The translations under genes and the position numbers were made by a program. Of a DNA stretch of 64,000 bases, positions 60,245-64,000 are shown in pieces. The notes under the pieces are model-generated. The model ran no database searches, had not been told where the DNA came from, and saw only the letters and a program-made list of their open reading frames with translations. Position 1 is the first letter of the stretch, and the number at the start of each line of letters is the position of its first letter. Source of the stretch: Miltoncostaeaceae bacterium (GTDB taxonomy: Bacteria; Actinomycetota; Thermoleophilia; Miltoncostaeales; Miltoncostaeaceae); NCBI GenBank assembly GCA_963819845.1, contig CAWFXQ010000007.1:55560-119559 (forward strand), written 5' to 3'.

Positions 60245-61063
60245 TCAGCTGATGGTCCCCGCCGCGGTGAGGGCGATGACGACGGCGCCGAGCACCACCC
60301 GGTAGATCACGAAGATCAGCATCGAGTGCGTCGCCAGGTAGCGCAGCAGGAAGGCGATGGCGATGTAGCCGAAGATGAAGGCGAAGGCCGTCGACAGGAC
60401 GAGCGCCCCGACGTCGGCGTCGCTGTCGCCGGTGAAGATCTCCAGCAGCCCGTAGAGGCCGCTGAGCACGATCGCCGGGACCGACAGCAGGAACGAGAAC
60501 CGGGCTGCGGCCTCCCGCTTGAGGCCGAGGAAGAGGCCCGCCGTGATGGTCGCCCCCGACCGCGAGGTGCCGGGGACGAGGGCGAGCGCCTGGGCCAGCC
60601 CCACCCAGACCGCGTCGCGCATGCCGACGTCCTCGACGCCCCTCACGCGCTTCGAGGTGACGTCGGCGAGCAGGAGGATCAGCCCCAGGACGATCAGCAC
60701 GACGCCGATCAGGTAGAGGTTGCGGGCCCCGTTCTCGATCTGGTCGCGGAAGGCGTAGCCGAAGATGACGATGGGGATCGTCGCCACGATCACGTACCAG
60801 CCCATGCGCGCGTCGAGCTCCCCGCGCAGCTCGGGCCGGCGCAGGCTGAGGAGCCAGGTCCTCACGATGCGGACCAGGTCGCGCCAGAAGTAGATGACGA
60901 CGGCCAGCATCGTCCCGAGCTGGACGACGGCGGTGAAGAAGGCCCCCGGGTCCTCCCAGCCGGCGAAGGCGGGGACGATGCGCAGGTGGGCGGTGCTCGA
61001 GACCGGGAGGAACTCGGTGAGCCCCTGCGCGATCCCGAGGACGATGGCCTCGAGCCACGACAC
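60245..61063 (-). CDS. uppP: Undecaprenyl-diphosphate phosphatase
   Basis: GLTEFLPVSSTAHL and PGTSRSGATI. GTG 61063 gives the canonical N-terminus. Confidence 0.9.
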   Translation of the reverse strand: MSWLEAIVLGIAQGLTEFLPVSSTAHLRIVPAFAGWEDPGAFFTAVVQLGTMLAVVIYFWRDLVRIVRTWLLSLRRPELRGELDARMGWYVIVATIPIVIFGYAFRDQIENGARNLYLIGVVLIVLGLILLLADVTSKRVRGVEDVGMRDAVWVGLAQALALVPGTSRSGATITAGLFLGLKREAAARFSFLLSVPAIVLSGLYGLLEIFTGDSDADVGALVLSTAFAFIFGYIAIAFLLRYLATHSMLIFVIYRVVLGAVVIALTAAGTIS

Positions 61064-61127
61064 GACCGCGGAAGCGTAGGGACTTTCCCGCGAGGCGCCG
61101 ACCAGGGACGCCGCTACCATTGGGGAG

Positions 61128-61568
61128 GTGCCGGTCTTCCTCTGCCCCCGTTGCGCGTACCGCGAGAGCGCCAACGACCGCAACGTGCGCCACCAGCCGC
61201 GGGGCTGCTCCCGCTGTGGGTTCGGCTTCGCGTTCGAGCTGCTCGACGACTACTACGCCAGCCCCAAGACGGCGCTGATCGTCTGCGACCAGGAGCGCCG
61301 CATCCTCGTGGCCGGGCACGGCGCGTTCGCGGTCACGGGCTTCCAGGAGGCCGAGCTGATCGGCCACGAGGTCGCCGAGCGGCTCGGGCTCGGGGGCTTC
61401 CCCAACGGCGACCCGGCCGCGACGAGCCTGGAGTGGGGCGTCCGGGTGCTGAACGTCAACTGCACCTACCGGCCGAACGGCTCCGACGACGACGTCGCGG
61501 CGACGGCCGACTTCTTCCCCGCCTACGACGATGACGGGGGCCTGCTGGTGGCGCTGACGCCCAAGTAG
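61128..61568 (+). CDS. Zinc-ribbon plus PAS-like domain protein
   Basis: The N-terminus is CPRC...CSRC. It is followed by LIVCDQERRILVAGHGAFAVTGFQEAELIGHEV, which looks PAS-like. Confidence 0.5.
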   Translation: MPVFLCPRCAYRESANDRNVRHQPRGCSRCGFGFAFELLDDYYASPKTALIVCDQERRILVAGHGAFAVTGFQEAELIGHEVAERLGLGGFPNGDPAATSLEWGVRVLNVNCTYRPNGSDDDVAATADFFPAYDDDGGLLVALTPK

Positions 61569-61597
61569 TCTCCCGCGCGTCGATCAAGGGGGAGCGG

Positions 61598-62599
61598 GTG
61601 GAGCGCCGCCGTCTCGGCGGGACGGATCTGGAGCTGTCGGTCATCGGCCTGGGGACCTGGGTCTTCGGCGGCCGGTGGGGCGGCGCCGACGACGCCGACT
61701 CGCTGGCGGCCTGCCACGCGGCGATCGACGCCGGGGTCAACTGGATCGACACCGCCGACATCTACGGCCAGGGCCGCGCCGAGCGGATCGTGGGCCAGGC
61801 GGTGCGCGAGCGCCGCGACGAGGTGATCGTGGCCACCAAGGGGGGCGTCGCCTGGGACAGCGGCCCGCCGCTCACGATCTGGCGCGAGGCGTCGGCCGAC
61901 TACCTGCGCGCGGCCTGCGAGCGCAGCCTGCAGGCCCTGGGCCTCGATCACATCGACCTCTACCAGGTCCACTGGCCGGTGCCGGGCGTGTCCGCCGAAG
62001 AGACGATCGGGGCGCTCCACGATCTGCGCCGGAGCGGCGTGGTCCGGGCGATCGGCGTCTCCAACTACGCCGCGACCGACCTGGAGGCGGCGGGCGCGGT
62101 CGCGGCGATCGACTCCTACCAGCCCGGCTACCACGTCATGCGCCGCCAGGTCGAGGCGGCCGAGCTGCCCTGGTGCCGCGACAACGGCGTGGGCGTGATC
62201 GCCTACGGGCCGTTGGCCCACGGCCTGCTGACCGGCAAGATGACCGAGGCGACGTCGTTCGCGGCGGGGGACTGGCGCGCCGACAGCGAGCTCTTCGCCG
62301 ACGGCGAACTCCCCGAGCGGATCGCCGTCGTCCGGGAGATCGAGGCGGTGGCGCGGGAGTCCGGGCGGCCTGGGGGCGTCGCCGAGCTGGCCGTGATGTG
62401 GGTGCTGCGCCGGCCGGAGGTGACCTCGGCCATCGTGGGCGCGCGCGACGCCGGCCAGGCGACCCGCAACGCCGCGCTGGCGGCGGCGCCCCTGACGGCC
62501 GACGAGGGGGCCGCGGTGGACGCGATCCTCGCCCGGCACCCGGCGGCGTCGCGGCAGTACGGGCACGGCGAGCCGCCCGAGCGGCCCGCGCGTGACTAG
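61598..62599 (+). CDS. Aldo/keto reductase (intact)
   Basis: LGTW.FGG, WIDTADIYGQGRAERIVG, IDLYQVHWP, and GVIAYGPLAHGLL. Confidence 0.88.
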   Translation: MERRRLGGTDLELSVIGLGTWVFGGRWGGADDADSLAACHAAIDAGVNWIDTADIYGQGRAERIVGQAVRERRDEVIVATKGGVAWDSGPPLTIWREASADYLRAACERSLQALGLDHIDLYQVHWPVPGVSAEETIGALHDLRRSGVVRAIGVSNYAATDLEAAGAVAAIDSYQPGYHVMRRQVEAAELPWCRDNGVGVIAYGPLAHGLLTGKMTEATSFAAGDWRADSELFADGELPERIAVVREIEAVARESGRPGGVAELAVMWVLRRPEVTSAIVGARDAGQATRNAALAAAPLTADEGAAVDAILARHPAASRQYGHGEPPERPARD

Positions 62600-63068
62600 T
62601 CTGCCGCATGGGGTGGGCGGGCCACGACGCCGGCGGACCGACGGCGGCCGGCCCCGCGCGGCCGCCTTCGCGCCCGCGGCCACGCTCGGGCCGCCCGACC
62701 GCACGGCCCTGCTCGCCTCGCTGGGCGGGGCGCTCGACGAGTCGCGGCGCCAGCGACGGCCGGCGACCCTCGTCTGCCTGACCGTCCCGGGCGACGGCGG
62801 CCCGGCGCTGGAGCGGGTTGCCGACCTTGCCCGGCGCACGGTGCGCGACACGGACGCCATCTGGCGCGACGGGCAGGACGGCCTGGCGCTGCTGCTGGCC
62901 GACGCGGACGGCCCGCGCTCGGAACCGGCGCTCGCGCGGCTGCGGCTGCGGCTGCGCGGCCGCGGCATGGGCGGCGTGCTGATGGGCCGGGCCGCACCTC
63001 CGCCGGGGATCGGCGCCGAGGAGCTGCTGGCGCTGGCGCGCAACGACCGCCGGCCGGTCCGCGGGTGA
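62592..63068 (+). CDS. Hypothetical protein, possibly a degenerate GGDEF-like domain
   Basis: LVCLTVPG...VADLARRTVRDTDAIWRDGQDGLALLLADAD resembles the GGDEF beta-sheet core, with GQDGL in place of GGDEF. Confidence 0.35.
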   Translation: MTSLPHGVGGPRRRRTDGGRPRAAAFAPAATLGPPDRTALLASLGGALDESRRQRRPATLVCLTVPGDGGPALERVADLARRTVRDTDAIWRDGQDGLALLLADADGPRSEPALARLRLRLRGRGMGGVLMGRAAPPPGIGAEELLALARNDRRPVRG

Positions 63069-63090
63069 GCCGCCGGGCGGGGTCCGCCCG

Positions 63091-63984
63091 ATGAGGGTCG
63101 CCGTCGTCGGGGCGACGGGGATGATCGGCCGCGCGGTGAGCCGGGCCCTGGCCGCGCGCGGCGACGAGGTGGTCGCGGTCTCACGCAGCGGCGCCGCCGG
63201 GGTCGAGGGAGCGGAGGACGTCCGCTGGGACCCGGCCGAGGGCCCGCCGCCGGAGCGCGCCGTGGCGGGCGCCGACGCCATGGTGAACCTCGCCGGGGCG
63301 CCGATCGAGGGCAAGCGCTGGACCGCCGCCCGCAAGCGCGAGATCCACGAGAGCCGGGTGCTGACCACGCGGCTGATCGTCAACGCCCTCGCGCGCGAGG
63401 GGTCCCCGGGGGCGCTGGTGAACGGCAGCGCCGTGGGCTACTACGGCCCGCGCGACGCGGAGGTCGACGAGACCGCGGGCCCGGGCGCCGACTTCCTCGC
63501 CGCGACCTGCACCGCCTGGGAGCGCGAGGCGCTGCGCGCGCAGGACGGGGGCGCCCGCGTGGTGTGCGTGCGCACCGGCATCGTCCTCGACGCAGACGGC
63601 GGCGCCCTGCCGAAGCTGGCCCTGCCCGTGAAGGCCTTCGCCGGCGGCCCGATCGGCGGCGGCCGCCAGTGGGTGCCCTGGATCCACATCGCCGACGAGG
63701 TGGGCCTCATCCTGCTGGCCCTCGACCGCGACGACGTCGCCGGGCCGCTCAACGCCGCGGCGCCCGACCCGGTGCGCCAGGGCGACTTCGTCAAGGCCCT
63801 GGGCCGCGTCCTGGGCCGGCCCACGGTCGTGCCGACGCCCGCGGTCGCCCTGCGCCTCGCGATGGGGGAGATGGCCACCCTGGCCCTCGACGGCCAGCGC
63901 GCCGTGCCGCGCGCGGCCCTCCGCGCCGGCTACGCCTTCCGCTTCACCGAGCCCGAGGCCGCCCTGCGCGACCTGCTCGGCTAG
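63091..63984 (+). CDS. TIGR01777/YfcH-type epimerase-family protein (SDR plus DUF1731)
   Basis: VVGATGMIGRAV, NLAGAPI...RW, SAVGYYG, G.G.Q..PWIH..D, and C-terminal GY.F.F. Confidence 0.88.
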   Translation: MRVAVVGATGMIGRAVSRALAARGDEVVAVSRSGAAGVEGAEDVRWDPAEGPPPERAVAGADAMVNLAGAPIEGKRWTAARKREIHESRVLTTRLIVNALAREGSPGALVNGSAVGYYGPRDAEVDETAGPGADFLAATCTAWEREALRAQDGGARVVCVRTGIVLDADGGALPKLALPVKAFAGGPIGGGRQWVPWIHIADEVGLILLALDRDDVAGPLNAAAPDPVRQGDFVKALGRVLGRPTVVPTPAVALRLAMGEMATLALDGQRAVPRAALRAGYAFRFTEPEAALRDLLG

Positions 63985-64000
63985 GCGGGGGAGCGCTCCT

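Noticed and set aside
62592-63068. Active diguanylate cyclase
   Set aside because: The GGDEF signature is replaced by GQDGL. The domain is short and lacks the I-site. At best it is a degenerate domain.

Overview
This is a very GC-rich (about 72-73% by eye) chromosomal segment. Gene content and codon style look like Actinomycetota, possibly Thermoleophilia or Rubrobacteria-like; that placement is inference only. I can support about 60 protein-coding genes, 1 tRNA, no rRNA and no CRISPR.

Landmarks:
- tRNA-Pro(CGG).
- A complete HspR-type heat-shock operon, dnaK-hsp20-grpE-dnaJ-hspR-clpB (15690-22795), and lon (42976-45321).
- A pgsA-like gene followed by a GT4 glycosyltransferase.
- An ECF sigma/anti-sigma pair, and a SigB/F-type partner-switching module.
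- A nucleotide-sugar modification cluster: DegT, epimerase, PLP decarboxylase, DUF354, CapD.
- A LysR - FAD oxidoreductase - phosphosulfolactate synthase - sulfate adenylyltransferase cluster.
- Several secreted or lipoprotein hydrolases.
- Many neighbouring genes overlap by 4 nt (GTGA/ATGA), which suggests translational coupling.

The most unusual structures:
1. A 12-bp palindrome, GGCCAATTGGCC, always occurs in pairs 23 bp apart. There are four dispersed pairs, one of them in frame inside nagA. A six-core tandem array of the variant GGCCAAGTGGCC plus a constant 11-nt spacer sits between an endonuclease III-like gene and the dnaK promoter.
2. Frame-disrupting indels are sharply localised. There are about 12 in 10.07-14.2 kb and at least 8 in a 1-kb aldo/keto reductase gene, while long neighbouring genes are intact.
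3. A 2-kb gene-poor, degenerate region lies at 50.6-52.7 kb.

Coordinate caveats: CDS coordinates come from arithmetic on the supplied ORF track. Motif coordinates read by hand may be off by 2-3 nt. Between about 2600 and 3780 my hand count disagreed with the ORF track by 2 nt, so the ORF track was used there.
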